NCBI GenBank assembly: GCA_030264375.1
Contig: JASCQW010000098.1
Location: 57,155,864-57,219,863, forward strand
Direction: 5' to 3'
DNA length: 64,000 bases
Origin: Carcharhinus longimanus
Taxonomy: Eukaryota
Below, piece by piece: positions 49,161 through 62,041 of the stretch; within the stretch, counting starts at the first letter, position 1; every line of letters starts with the position of its first letter. The position numbers were made by a program, and so were the translations under genes. The notes under the pieces were generated by a model that saw only the letters and a list, made by a program, of their open reading frames with translations, was not told the origin of the DNA and did no database searches.

Positions 49161-51466
49161 AAGTTCTGTCACTCCAAGGATTATAATACTCTCTATATTT
49201 CGGAGATAAAAATAGTTTCAGTAACCTAGACATGGCCTGGCCAATGGCTTTGCTAGCCATACTGCAACCTCTTCTAATTTGTCTGCTCATCAATCCATAT
49301 CTTGTTTGCCATTTTTCTTCACTAAAGGCAAGCACATAATTGATTAAACCCATAGTTCGCATCACACAGAAATTGTTTGGGGCCAGCCATTTAATATTAT
49401 TCAATATGTTACAATCTATAGAATCTTAAAAATGTAAACAAAACAGTTAACACAAATTGTTCTTTTTTAATTTCTTCATTTATTGACTATAGAGAAAGAT
49501 GCCAATTACCATTTCACTAGTGACTTAAGAAGACCATAAAGGCAAAGAGACAAATTGGCTCTTTTATATGTTATGCTTGATTTGGGCTTTAAGATGCAGA
49601 AGAAGGGCAATTGTCATTGTCAAACTATTATTTTTCTTGAAGAACTGGGCAATTTGAATCAGCTGAATTGAGTTAAAGTTCAGCGGTCAGGAGTTTCACA
49701 CACATCCAGTTCGGATTTGTTTGGATTCTCAATTTGATTCGAAGTTCACCCCTGGTTAACGGCCTTTTCATAAATCTGAGATGAAATGTAAGTTATGGGA
49801 AAAGGCACGCTGTTATCTCAGCCTTTGGAAAGCAAACTCTTCCTTTGTTGATGCTGTGAGAATGTGCGCCGTACCTTGTTCTGTGAATTTCCTCAGAGAC
49901 CTACCTGTGCAGCAAGATGATTTACACTCTCTCAACTCACTTGTTTAAATCCCAGGACCTGTGTTTAGAGCTTTTCTAATCACTCTTACAACAAATTTCA
50001 CTGAAGATTAACTCCGTGGAGAATGATAGGTCTGAACGCATTACACAATAAGTAGATTCTCTCTGCTGCAGGGTGGTCTCTCAACAGCTCGCTGTGGGAC
50101 AATTGACTCTGTTATAGAGTACATAAATACTTAGTTTCAGCAGATAATTGAGTATCTGCACCTTCTCCAGGATTTATCACAACAGGATCTTCTAACTCGT
50201 CAGTCAATTTTCTGAAGTGGGACAAAGGGGAATGATTGGCCTACTTTCTGTGTCTGAACTGCATTCACTGTTGGAATAATGGATTTCTTTGTATTTCTTT
50301 GAACAAAACTTAAATTAAGTCTAGGAGGACTGTTAAATTTAGCACTTTGTTCCATGCCCAAAAGTAATGTTAGACAGTGCAAGCTGTAAACAAGTAAAGA
50401 AAAGCTGAACAGTGGCACCTCAACTCTGAGAAAACAAAATTAAAAACTTTTCAGCAATCTCTAATCGCACTTTTTTTTTTAGCTCAGTACATTTTTCAAG
50501 TTATGCAGAAATGGTGGCTGGCCCAGATTTTTCACTGAAAGCTATTAAGAATAACCATGAGGCTAACACCACTCACCATTATTAAAGAGTAAATTGGACA
50601 TGAGCTACTGCCACTTCACATACGTCATTAGGTGTGTAAATCAGGAATTTATTGTCTTAAGTTACTGTGCTTCTGCAGAAGCTTCACTCTGCTGGTATCT
50701 TTCTAAGAGAAAAATCATTGAAATACATTGCAACTTGTGAAGTTACTTAACTAATATTACCCATTAACCAGAAAAGGTTAAAGATTTTACATAAAGGTCA
50801 ATTTTTAACTGACTGAAAAATCTTGATTAATAACACTCAACGCCTCTGGCACTGAAACCTTCACAAATGTGGAGCCTTATTCCTTCAGATTTTAATTATT
50901 GTTGGAGATTTTTTAAGAGTATATATTTTCCCCCTTTTTCTTGTCTCTTTTACCTCTCTCTTTTAATCCCATCTTTATTTCTCTTTATTTCACTTCCTGT
51001 AGTGTTCTGATTTGATATTGAATTAACATTCAGACTTCCCAGTTCAGATTCAACATGGCTTAGTAAGGACACTTCAATCTGATTGCTTGAAGAGGTACAC
51101 TATTTCTTACCCTGTTCAAACAGTTCCCAGACCTCCTATCAAGGGCACACATGTGAGAATATATTTCCAGAAACTGCCAATTCCAGTATAACAGCCCATA
51201 GAAGTCTGTAGATAAGTGTAAGAATAATGATAGGCTAACACCCTTCACTCATCACTGACTGCAAAACCTAGGCCAATGTTCCTCCCCGATTAGCCTTTAT
51301 TGAACTTCTCTTGAATGGAAAATGATCTATTCTCTTATACATAAGAAGAAATTAAACTTTATTTGATCCATTGTTTCCAATGCATTCTGGAGTTATCACA
51401 GATGTGATTCAGCAGTTATACAGTGAAGTCTCAGAACGATTCCCACTCAACCCAGACAAACAACTA

Positions 51467-52470
51467 GGGGCCAGTCTTACAAAAATTCTAAATGCTGAAT
51501 GAGCATGAAAGCGGGAGAGTTTCAGATCCTTTTTTTTGGCAAGGCCACAAATGAAATGTCATACAGCTTAGTGCAAAAATTGATGCATAATCTTTTTCCC
51601 ACCAGTAGAGGAGGGGGCAGGCACCAATGCCCTCTAGAAAGCCAGATGGTCACAGCAGAAGGTACAATTGTGCAGGCACAGATCTGTCTATTCTGTGCAA
51701 ATCTGGGCCTGGTAAGATCGCAAGAGGCAACAGAACAGGAATCTGCCAGTTACATCACATGCACCCTGCCCTGGATCTTCCTGCCTCCTCTGCCCGCGAT
51801 CTCTGGCTTCCCTGGACAATTAGCCCCTTNNNNNNNNNNCCACCCCCACCCAGGCCCAGCCCAGCCCATTGCCGTCCCAGCCTATTGGCAGTTGCAGAGC
51901 GCATAGCTCTCCCCCCCCTCACCCCCGCCCCTGATCCTGGTTGCAGAGTATGCGGCTCTCTCACTACCTGCCTCCTCTTAGGTCCTGCCCCATAATGACC
52001 CCACCCTTCCTCTTGGGTCCTCCCACTCAGACCTGTCCCCTTGGCACTATCCGATGCACAGTGGGCAGTGCCAAGGTGCCCAGCTGGCACTTCCAGGATC
52101 CCGAGTTGGCAGTGCCAGGATAGCACTGGCAGTAGCCACAGGCATCCTGCCCAGCGCTGCCACCGACCACCTAGGGAGTTTAATGGCCTCTGATTACCCC
52201 AGAGAGGCCCACATGTCTCCCCTATTGATGGGGACCATACATGATTCTCATCAGGAAGAACCTAGGCCAGTGAAGTAGAAAAGAGTAAGTGAGCCTGGAC
52301 AATAGTGTCTGGGACTCGTTAATGACATGCGAAGGGTGCAAAGCTGATCTCGCCAGCAAAACAGTGCCGGTACAATCTGGGGAGGCAAAAAAATGAGGAG
52401 CAAACCTCTTATTTCACCTTGCGCTGGATCTTACCGCTTTGCTGCACCAAAACTTGAGGCCATAACATTG
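51467..52470. mobile_element. GC-rich non-autonomous DNA transposon (Harbinger-like); related partial copy at 57601-57978
   Basis: Starts ggggccagtcttac; the related copy ends ggtaagattgcccc. Both share ccct.ttgatggggaccatacatgat and aaatctgggcctggtaagatc. Confidence 0.65.
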
Positions 52471-52484
52471 CGGCTGATGCATCT

Positions 52485-53800
52485 ATGAATACCTTGCATG
52501 AGTTAACAGAGATTGACTTGAATGTGGTGTTTGAGGAGATAGGTCTAGATTTTAAAATAGGGACTAAAAAGGCAAAGGTCATTAAAGTATTGATTCCACA
52601 CCTGAACATTGAAGAAGAAAAGAGTAATCTTGACAGCATGGAGGTTGATTTATCTAGAATTCAGTTGCAAATGAGGCAACTGGAATTTGAGAAAGAGGGA
52701 GAAATGAAAAACAACCTTCAATTTCAAGGGTATGAGAGGAAAAAGAAAGAAAAGAAGGAAAGGGGAAACCTAAATTTTAGTTTCAAAGAAAAAGCAAAAA
52801 GGAAATATTAGAAAGGGAGAGGCTTGAATTCCACGGGGAAAAGAAATGAAGGAAATTGATCTTGGCAAACAGGAGCTTGGATTACGTAAGCAGCGCGTGG
52901 CAGGAAGATGTAATGAAAAATCAGATTTAACTTCTCATTTTGGTATGGCAAGAAAGATTTGCTCAGTGCCTAAATTTACTGAGGAAGGGGTTGAAATGTG
53001 TTTTGTGTCGTTGAAAAAACTGCTAAAAAGCCGGAAAAAAAAGTTGGATGGCTTTAGTACAAATGGGGAAAGTGTTAAAAATATAATCATTTCTTTCAGT
53101 TGCACTATTTTATTGCAGGGCATGTTGGTGGGGAAAGCTTTGGAAATGTATTCATTTATTTCTGATATGCAATCCAGCGAGTCTGATACAGCGTTCTCAA
53201 TGCCCTGTGATTGAGTTCCAGAAGCTTACAGGCAGAAGATTAGAAATCTGAGGAAGGAACAGAATCAGACTTGTCTGAAATTTTGTAGTGAAAATGAAAT
53301 TACATTTGATAGGTGGTACAGACCTATAGGTACATAGGACCCAGGAGCAGGAGCAGACTATTCAGCCCATCAGTCCCATCTTGCCATTCAATGAGACCTC
53401 AGTTCCACCTCCTCCTCCCCCCGCCCCCCCCCCGCCCCGCCGCATAACCCTTGCTAGCCATGCCTATGGATAATATATTTAACTCAGCTCTGAATGAATT
53501 CAATGACAATGATTCCATTGCTTTCTGTGGCTGACTGAATTATTCTTTGCAGAGTTGGACATAAACAAAATCTACAGAGACAAAAGAGAGCAGGAGTTAA
53601 ATCAGTCCTAAAAGATCAGCATCCTAATGAGGATAGCGTGCCTGGTTTTAAACAACAAGGTGAGTTATTAAATCCAGAGGATCAGAAGCATTATGACAGC
53701 TGATTTCTCCTTGTTTTCAATTCACATCTGTCATTTGGAGAAACCTGGCTGTACCAAGTGTACAAGTTTCTAACCCAAGACATGGGAATGCTTTAAAGGG
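52485..53800 (+). pseudogene. Gypsy (Gmr1-like, SCAN-related) gag relic
   Basis: Glu/Lys-rich coiled coil, then VPKFTEEGVEMCFVSLKK...LLQGMLVGKALEMYS...*VPEAYRQKIRNLRKEQNQTCLKF...ITFDRWYR. Decayed zinc knuckle CTKCTSF*PKTWEC at 53750-53791. Interrupted by a CR1 3'UTR remnant (~53325-53530). Confidence 0.8.
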
Positions 53801-53905
53801 TATGCAGAATGAGAAGGGAGCTTTGCCAAGACAGGCGACGGAAATTGAAGCCACCAATCATAAAGTGAACCGTCATTCTTGAGAATTAGGATTCAAAGAA
53901 GTCAT

Positions 53906-54200
53906 GGGCAGCACAGTGGTTAGCACTGCTGCCTCACAGCGCGAGGGGCCCACGTTTGATTCTGGCTTGAGTCACTGTCTGCGGAATCTGCACGTTCTCC
54001 TGTGTCTGCATGGGTTTCCTCTGGGTGCTCCAGTTTCCTCCTAAAGTCCAAATGACATGCTGGTTAGGTGCATTGGCCATGCTAAAATTCTCCCTGAGCA
54101 GACGCTGGTGTGTGGCGACTGGGGAATTTAATGTTAATGTAAGCCTGCTTGTGATGCTAATAAATAAACTTAAACTGAACTTTAAATAAACTTAAACTGA
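53906..54200 (+). mobile_element. V-SINE, alternative-tail subfamily
   Basis: gggcagcacagtggttagcactgc ... taagcctgcttgtgatgctaataaataaacttaaactgaac (terminal repeat duplicated). Confidence 0.88.
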
Positions 54201-55865
54201 ATTGTAAAATGATGCCAGGGCAGATTTTTTACTGGTGAAATGTGATAACAAGGAAGATAATATTACTTATCAGGCATGTAGTAACTCAGTTGTTAAGGTG
54301 TTTGCAAAGTTATGTTTTGATAATGTTGTTAAAAAAATATTTTTTTTGCTGGGGGAGGTGTGATGATTTTGAGGTTTTATAAAATGGTTAAGTTGTTTTA
54401 AAGTGTCTTTTTAATTCAAAGTAAAATGTAGTAATCGAGGGGGCCATGTGATTGCCTGCTAGTTCTACCCAGGAGATTTCTAACTAGCTAATAAGAGTCA
54501 TAGGCAAAATGCAGTTTTTAAGAGGACAAAACATCAGTAAAGAGTTAAATGATTCTTAGACCAGCTAACACAAGCAGCTTATACATATGTGAAATCAGTA
54601 AGTGAATCAAAACAATGAGTTACAATTTTAAAACATATATACTGATGTTTTAAATGTATTTCAAGTACATTGTTCACTTTGTTCAGGGTAAGTTACCAAA
54701 AGGTATGGTGGTTGAAGTCAGTAGTTTAAAACCAAAGGTCTGGGAACAAGTCAGTCAGCAAGTCTTAACAGGTGACATTCCTAAGATGGTACGTATTATG
54801 CAACATTACGAATGGATGCATTCATTACCCAGACACTGGATAGATATGAACCTGGATGCAGGAACACATGTCTACTTAACTTGGCAGTGAGACAGTGGGA
54901 ACGTCCATTTTGACTTTGTGGTAACATTTGCCATTACCTAGCAACGGTGATGTAGCTAGTGCCAAGAGAGGAGGCTATGTCCTGAACTGGACAAATAAGG
55001 TATTACCATGCTATTTAGTATTTTAAGACTGGCTGAGGTATTTGATAAAGAATTGTATTGGTGTATAACTGTTAAGTGGAAATTGATTTTGAGTAAATGG
55101 AAGGCAAAATTATTGATTATGGAAAAGTATAATTGATCTGTATTTGACTTCATAAATCAGTTCTTCCAGAGAGGTTCTGTAGCTCTGTCCATAGAGCTGT
55201 TTAAGTCTCCATGAAGACTCTGGTCAGCTGTACATTTGTATTGTTTTTATGTTTCATGTTAAATAAATTAGTTACGTCTTTTGCACAGAGATATTTGCCT
55301 TGCGAGTTTTGAGCTGTCTTAGTTTAAGACCTAATTGGCCACCTCCTGAAATTTCCCCATAACACCAACAATACACCAATATGCCATGGAGACCTTGAGG
55401 CCCAGGTCAATTCCTAATGAAACCTGAGTGCTAGCTTTTATACTGAACTCAAAAGAAAGAACAGCTGTTCTTACCACTTTCAGCCTTACTGACTCAAAGA
55501 CCCTGGACAGAGAGAAAGAGAGCGAATCCTGAATTCAGCAAGAGACAAAAGGTCAACAGCCATTATGACCAGCAGAGGAAAAAGCTGTTCATTGTTTGCC
55601 ATCAAGCAGAACACAGGTTTAAGTACCTGTGTCATCAGAAGTACAAAGGACTAAGACACCATCCTGGCAGTGACATATTTCAATTACCAGGGACTTTGTT
55701 TTATATAAGACTGACATGAATCCTCATCATTTACAGAGCTCCCAGAGTTTATCCTGTTGGGTTATTGGTACATTGAAGTGGCATTTTTTCGCTCTGTTCG
55801 GGGAGTGGAGTGGGTTGTGGGGAGAAGGAGGCAGAAGTTGGTCTGGCCAAAGTAGCCAAATAATC

Positions 55866-55965
55866 CTCAAGGAGAGTCATACAGACTTGAAACATTAACT
55901 CTGTTTCTTTCTCCACAGATACTTCCAGACCTGCTGAGTTTTTCCAGCATTTTCATTTTTTCATT
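55866..55965 (+). mobile_element. Penelope-like terminal fragment (family c) with eroded hammerhead
   Basis: gagtc-ataca-gactt-GAAAC-att-aactctgtttctttctccacagat...gacctgctgagtttttccagcatttt; the CUGANGA box is no longer recognisable. Confidence 0.6.
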
Positions 55966-56649
55966 TTGCCAAATAACTCTACTATTGAGAGTCAAATGGC
56001 ACTGAATGCACTAATTATGCAATATACACACATGCATCAAGTAGGCACACTTTATTCAAGGTCGAATTGGTGGGTATTCCATCAGTCCTGCCTTCTAGTA
56101 CAATGTCATGATAAAGGGACTGCAGCAGAAGAAATGTTCAGATACCATTCTGCAATCCTTGCCCTGTATCAGAATTTCAGAATGTGGCCTGAAAAGAACA
56201 ACAATCAGCTGAAAAATAATTTTTAGGCCCTTGTTTTTATCACAGGCAGTTCTGTGATTGCAGATAGTTGCAAAAAGAACCAATTATCTCCAATTGCAGA
56301 GCTGGCCTTTGGAACTGGGCATAGAAGTTCTAATGCATGAATCCCTCTGGGTGAGATGTATGTGGCAGGGTGCCTGGCAACACTTGGCTTTGGGCATACT
56401 CCAGTGAAACAGACACTAAAAATTATGACCTGCTCATTGGATATCCTTGTGGGAGGCTGAAGTGATCCAATGGCAGAAAGATATCTTCAGTACAGCACGC
56501 ATTGCATTGAGGAAAACTGACTTGTCTTGTTAATCATTATCAGAACCTCCTGGATGTGCCTAATCCTCTTCACCCACCATGTTCAAATAGTTGAAACATA
56601 GGCTGACTAGGCAGTAGCTACAGCAAAGACATGTGCTCCTTTACTGTGT

Positions 56650-56951
56650 TCTCGACCGGTCTCTTCCTCTCTTCCACCTTTTTCTATTGGGAAAAAGTCA
56701 GATCACATACCAAACGACGTAAGAACAGTTTCTTCCCTGCTCCCATCAGATTATTGAATGGACTTATCCTATGTTAAGTTGATCTTTCTCTACACCCTAA
56801 CTATGACTGCAACACTACATTCTGCACTCTGTCCTTTCCTTCTTCCCTATGTACTCTATGAAAGTTATGTTTTGTCTCTACAGCGCAAGAAACAATACTT
56901 TTCACGGTATCCCAAAATATGTGACAATAATAAATCAAACCAAATCAAATC
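56650..56951 (+). mobile_element. Rex1/Babar-type LINE 3' end
   Basis: Encodes RRKNSFFPAPIRLLNG, then a 3'UTR ending tgtgacaataataaatcaaaccaaatcaaatc. Confidence 0.8.
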
Positions 56952-56959
56952 CTCCACCC

Positions 56960-57500
56960 TCTAGGGATCAGTTCTGGGACCTTTGCTGTCCATAGTATAT
57001 ATAAATGATTTGGAGGAAAATGTAGCTGGTCTGATTAGTAAGTTTGCAGGCGACACAAAAATGGGTGAATTTGCTGATAGCGAAGAAGATTGTTAAAGGG
57101 TACAGCAAGATATAGAGTGGTTGGAGACCTGGGGGGAGAAATGACAGATGGAGTTTAACCTGGACAAATGTGAGATAATGCATTTTGGAAGGTCCAATGA
57201 GTATTGACAAGCAGAGAGAGCTGGGCGTACATGTCCACCGATCACTGGATGTGGTAAAACAGGTAGATAAGGTAGTCAAGAAGGCATACAGCATGCTTGC
57301 CTTCACAGTTAGGGCATTGAGTATAAAAATTGGCAGGTCATGCTGCAGCTGCACAGAACCTTAGTTAAACCTCTTTTGGGATGTTGTGTACAATTCTGGT
57401 CGCCATGCTACCAGAAGGACGTGGATGCTTTGGAGAGGGTACAGAAGAGGTTTACCGGGATGTTGCCTGGTCTGGAGGGGATTAGCTATGAGGAGAGGTT
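56960..57500 (+). mobile_element. CR1 LINE RT fragment running into a gap
   Basis: Reads GSVLGPLLSIVYINDLEENVAGLISKFAGDTK ... MLQLHRTLVKPLLGCCVQFWSPCYQKDVDALERVQKRFTGMLPGLEGISYEER. Confidence 0.93.
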
Positions 57501-58302
57501 NNNNNNNNNNNNNNNNNNNNNNNNNNNNNNNNNNNNNNNNNNNNNNNNNNNNNNNNNNNNNNNNNNNNNNNNNNNNNNNNNNNNNNNNNNNNNNNNNNNN
57601 AAGGGGCATTGCCCCCCTGTTCCCGGCCTTCTTGGAGGCCTAAATGGCCTCCTGTCTTACCAGCAAGGCCATCACATCAAATCCCTGTTGATGGGGACCA
57701 TACATGATCCTCGTTGGTGAGGACCTTCACTGAAAAGGCCACTAAGGCAAGTGAACTCAGGTGATTGCATCTCAGGCTCCTAATAATATTTAAATCAATT
57801 TTTCAATAGATTTAAATATTGCACAGGAAGGGCGTGAGGCTGATCTTGCTGGAAATCTGGGCCTGGTAAGATCACAAGGGGAGAGAAACCAGGCACAAAC
57901 CTAATTTTTCACCTAGCAAGTGATCTCACTGGCTCAGTCTGCCCATTAACTGGATTGACATTCTGGTAAGATTGCCCCATAGTTTTGAATCAGAATCTTG
58001 TTTAAAAGTTTTATCTATTTGTTAGACAGAAATACGAAGGAATAAGCTGTTCCACACTGCAGTAATATATTTCCTAATGATCAGCAACTAAGAGTAATCA
58101 TGCTGCTGGTGAAGGAGAATGTAGATCAAAATAATCCTGCTCAACAGGACAGAAAATGTGAGGGAGAGGAGAGCTAACGCGCATGTAAGAGGTTTTTTTA
58201 AAAAGAATAAATATACCAATGTATTAACATATTATTGATCTTTTTGCTAATGTTATACTTTAAGAAAACATAATCTCAGCCTGTGGTTTCAATTCCCCTC
58301 AG

Positions 58303-58404
58303 AGTCTGCAGATGAATGTCCTGCTAACTGTTATGGGAATGGAGAGTGTATGGCAGGAAAATGCCACTGTTTTCTTGGCTACATTGGACCAGATTGTGCA
58401 CGAG
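58303..58404 (+). CDS. TENM4: Teneurin-4 exon: EGF-like repeat 1
   Basis: cccctcag|AGTCT acceptor, CGAG|gtaaaa donor. Translates (E)[33 protein letters not shown] (6 Cys). Absent from the ORF track; found by reading the sequence. Confidence 0.96.
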
Positions 58405-58784
58405 GTAAAAGCTCCTTGTCATTGCTGTGGGAACTTGTCAAAACCTGTTATTATCCTGATTAAATAACTGTGAGCTGAAATCTCTATATGTAGTTTATTT
58501 CAAAATTGATTCAGTTGAGGAACCAGATTTCACAGTTTTAAAGTGAAAGATGGTTATAGACCACCATAATTATGTTGAACGGTGAAGCAGGCTTAAAAAG
58601 CCAAATGGCCTGCTTGTGCTATTCCTTATGTTCTGACAATTAGCTGCCCAGCAGGTGGCCACACCATTGAGGTTCCTGGTAATGTCCAAAGGCAGTTGGA
58701 AGACTTTGGGCTCCCTTGGCAACGCTTTCTTCTGCCATGTTACCAGCCCATCTCTGGATGGTTAGTAAAATCCATTCCATTAAT

Positions 58785-58875
58785 CCTGTTCCTTTCTCTG
58801 GAGATCTGCCTGACCTGTTGAGTATTTTCAGTGCTTTCTGTTGTGATTTCCAGTATCCACAGTATTTCATTTTTG
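58785..58875 (+). mobile_element. Penelope-like terminal fragment (family c)
   Basis: ctgcctgacctgttgagtattttcagtgctttctgttgtgatttccagtatccacagtattt is homologous to the 11150 and 55866 copies. Confidence 0.55.
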
Positions 58876-60059
58876 TAGGATAGTAAACATAATCAGGGCA
58901 TGGGAATGTTGGAGCAAGAGTGATGAGCATTGTCTTTCAATGCATCACAAGGGGCTAGGAGATCACTCCAACTCTTCTTGAGTCCACAGTGAAGTAATTT
59001 AAAAGGTAGAAATTTCTCTTTCCCAAGGAGCCTGCAGCTGTCACTTTAATGTATGCTGGTATGCCTGCCAAGTCGCTGACATCACTGAAGTTTGCACAGA
59101 GTAAATAAACCTTGCTTGTATTACTCAATCCTGATAATCGATAGAGAAAATAGTCCCTGTTTTACAACAGGCTTTCCTGAAATACGAAATGCCTGTTCAA
59201 TGTCGCAGTCTAGTCTGCATGCTTAGAGTCAAGCTGATTTGACCTGACCTTTCTGTCTTCTCCAGTGTCTGACCCTGTTTCCTGAGGATCACAATGAACC
59301 TGTTGTCATTACTGTTAATACTCTTGCAATGTATTGAGCATATGCGTTTGCAACACGAAATGTGATATGACATTTTATCTGAAACTGCAATCTTCTTGCA
59401 GTTTAAGTTGCACATACATGTCAGATGTTTGGCATAAATGATGGGAAATGTAACAGAACTGCAGGAAATTAATTATAAATTTCACCCTTCACGTTATACA
59501 GGATAACCTTTAGTGTGGCTCAGCCAATACCTTTTCAAGTCAGCTGATTCCTCATATAAAAGATATCTGAGATCAAGTTGGAACAATGGCCCCCCTAGTT
59601 CTACATTACCTGCTCACTGTTTCTCTGTTAACTAATCAGATTAAGCAAGCTGTGAGCAGTGCAGGAGAGGAAACTGAGTTGTATAACCAACTCTCAGAGA
59701 TTGTCCTCCTTAAAAACGTTCCTGGACTCATTCCCAGTTCATTTCAAGCTGTATTTAGGTGGCTTAATTTTGAGCTCCATCTGCTAGCAGAATGCAAAAC
59801 AGAGGATGCTTTACAATGTACTTGGGTGTTAAAAATTGTGATTTATTACACCAGCGTTTTATGCTTAATATACAATAGATAATATGAATAGCCAACAAAT
59901 CTGTTAAAAGGAAGAAACACGTCACTTGGTTTCACTTTATTTTTTCGAGTCACAACTTCTACATGGACTTTTCTTCAGCTTAGCTAGGAAACAAGAGAAA
60001 GCCAGAAGGAGAGGTACAATTGAAGGGCCTGTAGGTTTGGGCCATTCATGTGTTTTTCC

Positions 60060-60191
60060 TAATAACACTCACCTGTTGAAGGAGCAATGCTCTGAAAGCT
60101 CGTGATGCCAAATAAACCTGTTGGACTTTAACCTGGTGTTGTGAGACTTCTTACTGTGCCCACCCCAATCCAACGCCAGCAATTCCACATC
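60060..60191 (+). mobile_element. Penelope-like terminal repeat (family b)
   Basis: gaaagctcgtgatgccaaataaacctgttggactttaacctggtgttgtgagacttcttact is homologous to the arms at 27751-27994. Confidence 0.78.
60069..60105 (+). ncRNA. Minimal type-I hammerhead ribozyme motif (one core substitution)
   Basis: UCAC-CUGuUGA-A-GGAGC(aau)GCUCU-GAAA-GC-UC-GUGA: stem I UCAC/GUGA, stem II GGAGC/GCUCU, palindromic AGCU stem III, CUC triplet. Confidence 0.7.
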
Positions 60192-60617
60192 GTGGCTTTC
60201 CTAACAAGCACTGCAGAAGTTTGTCACTGGGGCCTGAAATCAAGTTGCTTGCCTCTTGGCTGCAGAATGATGCTTAACTCGAGAGAGCTACTTGGCAGGA
60301 GGGAGAAAGGCCAGCAGATAAACGGTAAAGGGAGAAATGTTTAATTTGAAACTGCATAAATTAATTGACTCCACGGTATGGATGTGACGGAATTTGCTTT
60401 TATTTTCCCATTTTTCTGTTCTAATATTGAGTGGCTATATTTCTGGTATTTTAGCTCAAAATTAAAGAAAATACTAGAAACTAGAATAAAAGATGGTTGG
60501 TTGGGGGTGAATAAGCATCCTGACTTGGTTAGAATGCATCGGCGAAAGACTTAGCTAAGCTGCCTTCTTTCCAGTGTTTAATGGTCAGAATGACTTTCTT
60601 TTCATTCTCTCTCACAG

Positions 60618-60812
60618 CATCCTGCCCTGTTCTGTGTAGTGGCAATGGGCAATATGTGAAAGGACGCTGCCTGTGCCACAGTGGTTGGAAGGGAGCAGAA
60701 TGTGATATTCCCACAAACCAGTGCCTTGACCCAGCTTGTGGCAACCATGGCACCTGCATCATGGGGACCTGCATCTGCAATTCTGGCTATAAAGGAGAAA
60801 GTTGTGAACAAG
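60618..60812 (+). CDS. TENM4: Teneurin-4 exon: EGF-like repeats 2 and 3
   Basis: ctcacag|CATCC acceptor, CAAG|gtaggg donor. Translates (A)[67 protein letters not shown]2 has the teneurin-typical Tyr in place of the third Cys. Confidence 0.97.
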
Positions 60813-61853
60813 GTAGGGCCCAGTTGCATCATTAATCATTGATTGTCGAAATGTCTGAACTTACTCAGGATGAGAGGCAGAGAATTTAATCCTCTCTCAG
60901 ACTTCTTCACAAGAAAAATACTGAAAGGTTACAGCCAGTAGGGATAAGATTAACGTAACTATTGTGCTCGAGTTTGAAAGGGTTCATTATAGCATGAAAA
61001 AATAGGCTGAAGGTTATAGTAAAAGTGAATTCGGACTTGCATACTTCCCTATTATTTCCCCTGCATGAAAGCTAAGGCGACTTGATGTTCTGGTAGTTGC
61101 TGTTAAGCCAGGGCTAAAGTCTTCATGTTTTTCTTTTCAGTGACCTTCAGTCAGGATGATTAATTATGAGGAGGTAGCCTCTTGTCAAGTTAGTTTCTGA
61201 TCTTTGTTTCTGGGACCACAATCATCTATTAGCACAGAGGAGCAGTAAGCTCACTTTTTACAGCCTCTTCCTTTTCTAAACACTTTGTACCTCTGTTAAG
61301 CGATGGCATGACACATAGACCATGTAGAAAATGTTCTGTATGAAACCAGGTGCTCTGATGCTTTACTATCTGCTGGGCAGCATCATCCTTTGCCACTTGT
61401 CTGCTTGTGTAACTTTTAACAGATTTGGACACAATAACCGCAGGATAACTCTTCATGTGGGCCTTACATGTTTGAAAGTAATGCATGTTATGGCTTTTGT
61501 ATAAAGTTTTTGATGTGGGGAAGAAATAAATCACAACTGTCAGTTTGAGTGGTCACACGCCTTTTGTGGCACAGTTCAGGTGAAGTACACCACTTTGATC
61601 CTAAATTGGTGTCTACATTTTTGTTCATCTTCAGTCGCAGTTGCCAGAATTTTTGGAAGCTGCGGCACAGTTGGCGAACCATTGAAATCTGTATTCACAT
61701 TAGCAGGATCAGAAAGGCTGGAAAATTGCAACCTGTATTTCTGAATTACACCGCCTCTTCATTCTCCTTTCCACATACTCAGAGCACCAATTCATTTGGT
61801 GACATGGATTTTCCAGAAAAGGAGCAGAAAGTTGTCATTTCTTCCTGGCTCTG

Positions 61854-62041
61854 GTTTCCTCCCAGACTCCAAACATGTGTGGGTTAGGTTGATTGGCCAT
61901 GATAAATTGACCCTTAGCGTCAGGAGTACTGAAAGGGTAAACAGGTGGGGTTACGGGGATAGGGCCTGAGTGGGATTGTTGTTAGTGCAGGCTGTGGGCC
62001 AAATGGCCTCCTTCTGCACTGTAGGGATTCTACAATTCTAT
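61854..62041 (+). mobile_element. HE1-type V-SINE, 5'-truncated
   Basis: ggtttcctcccagactccaaa ... ccttctgcactgtagggattctacaattctat. Confidence 0.85.

Noticed and set aside
56280-56640. Possible HARBI1-like transposase remnant on the minus strand (NFYA motif)
   Set aside because: Only a 4-residue match with frameshifts around it; too weak to call without a profile search.
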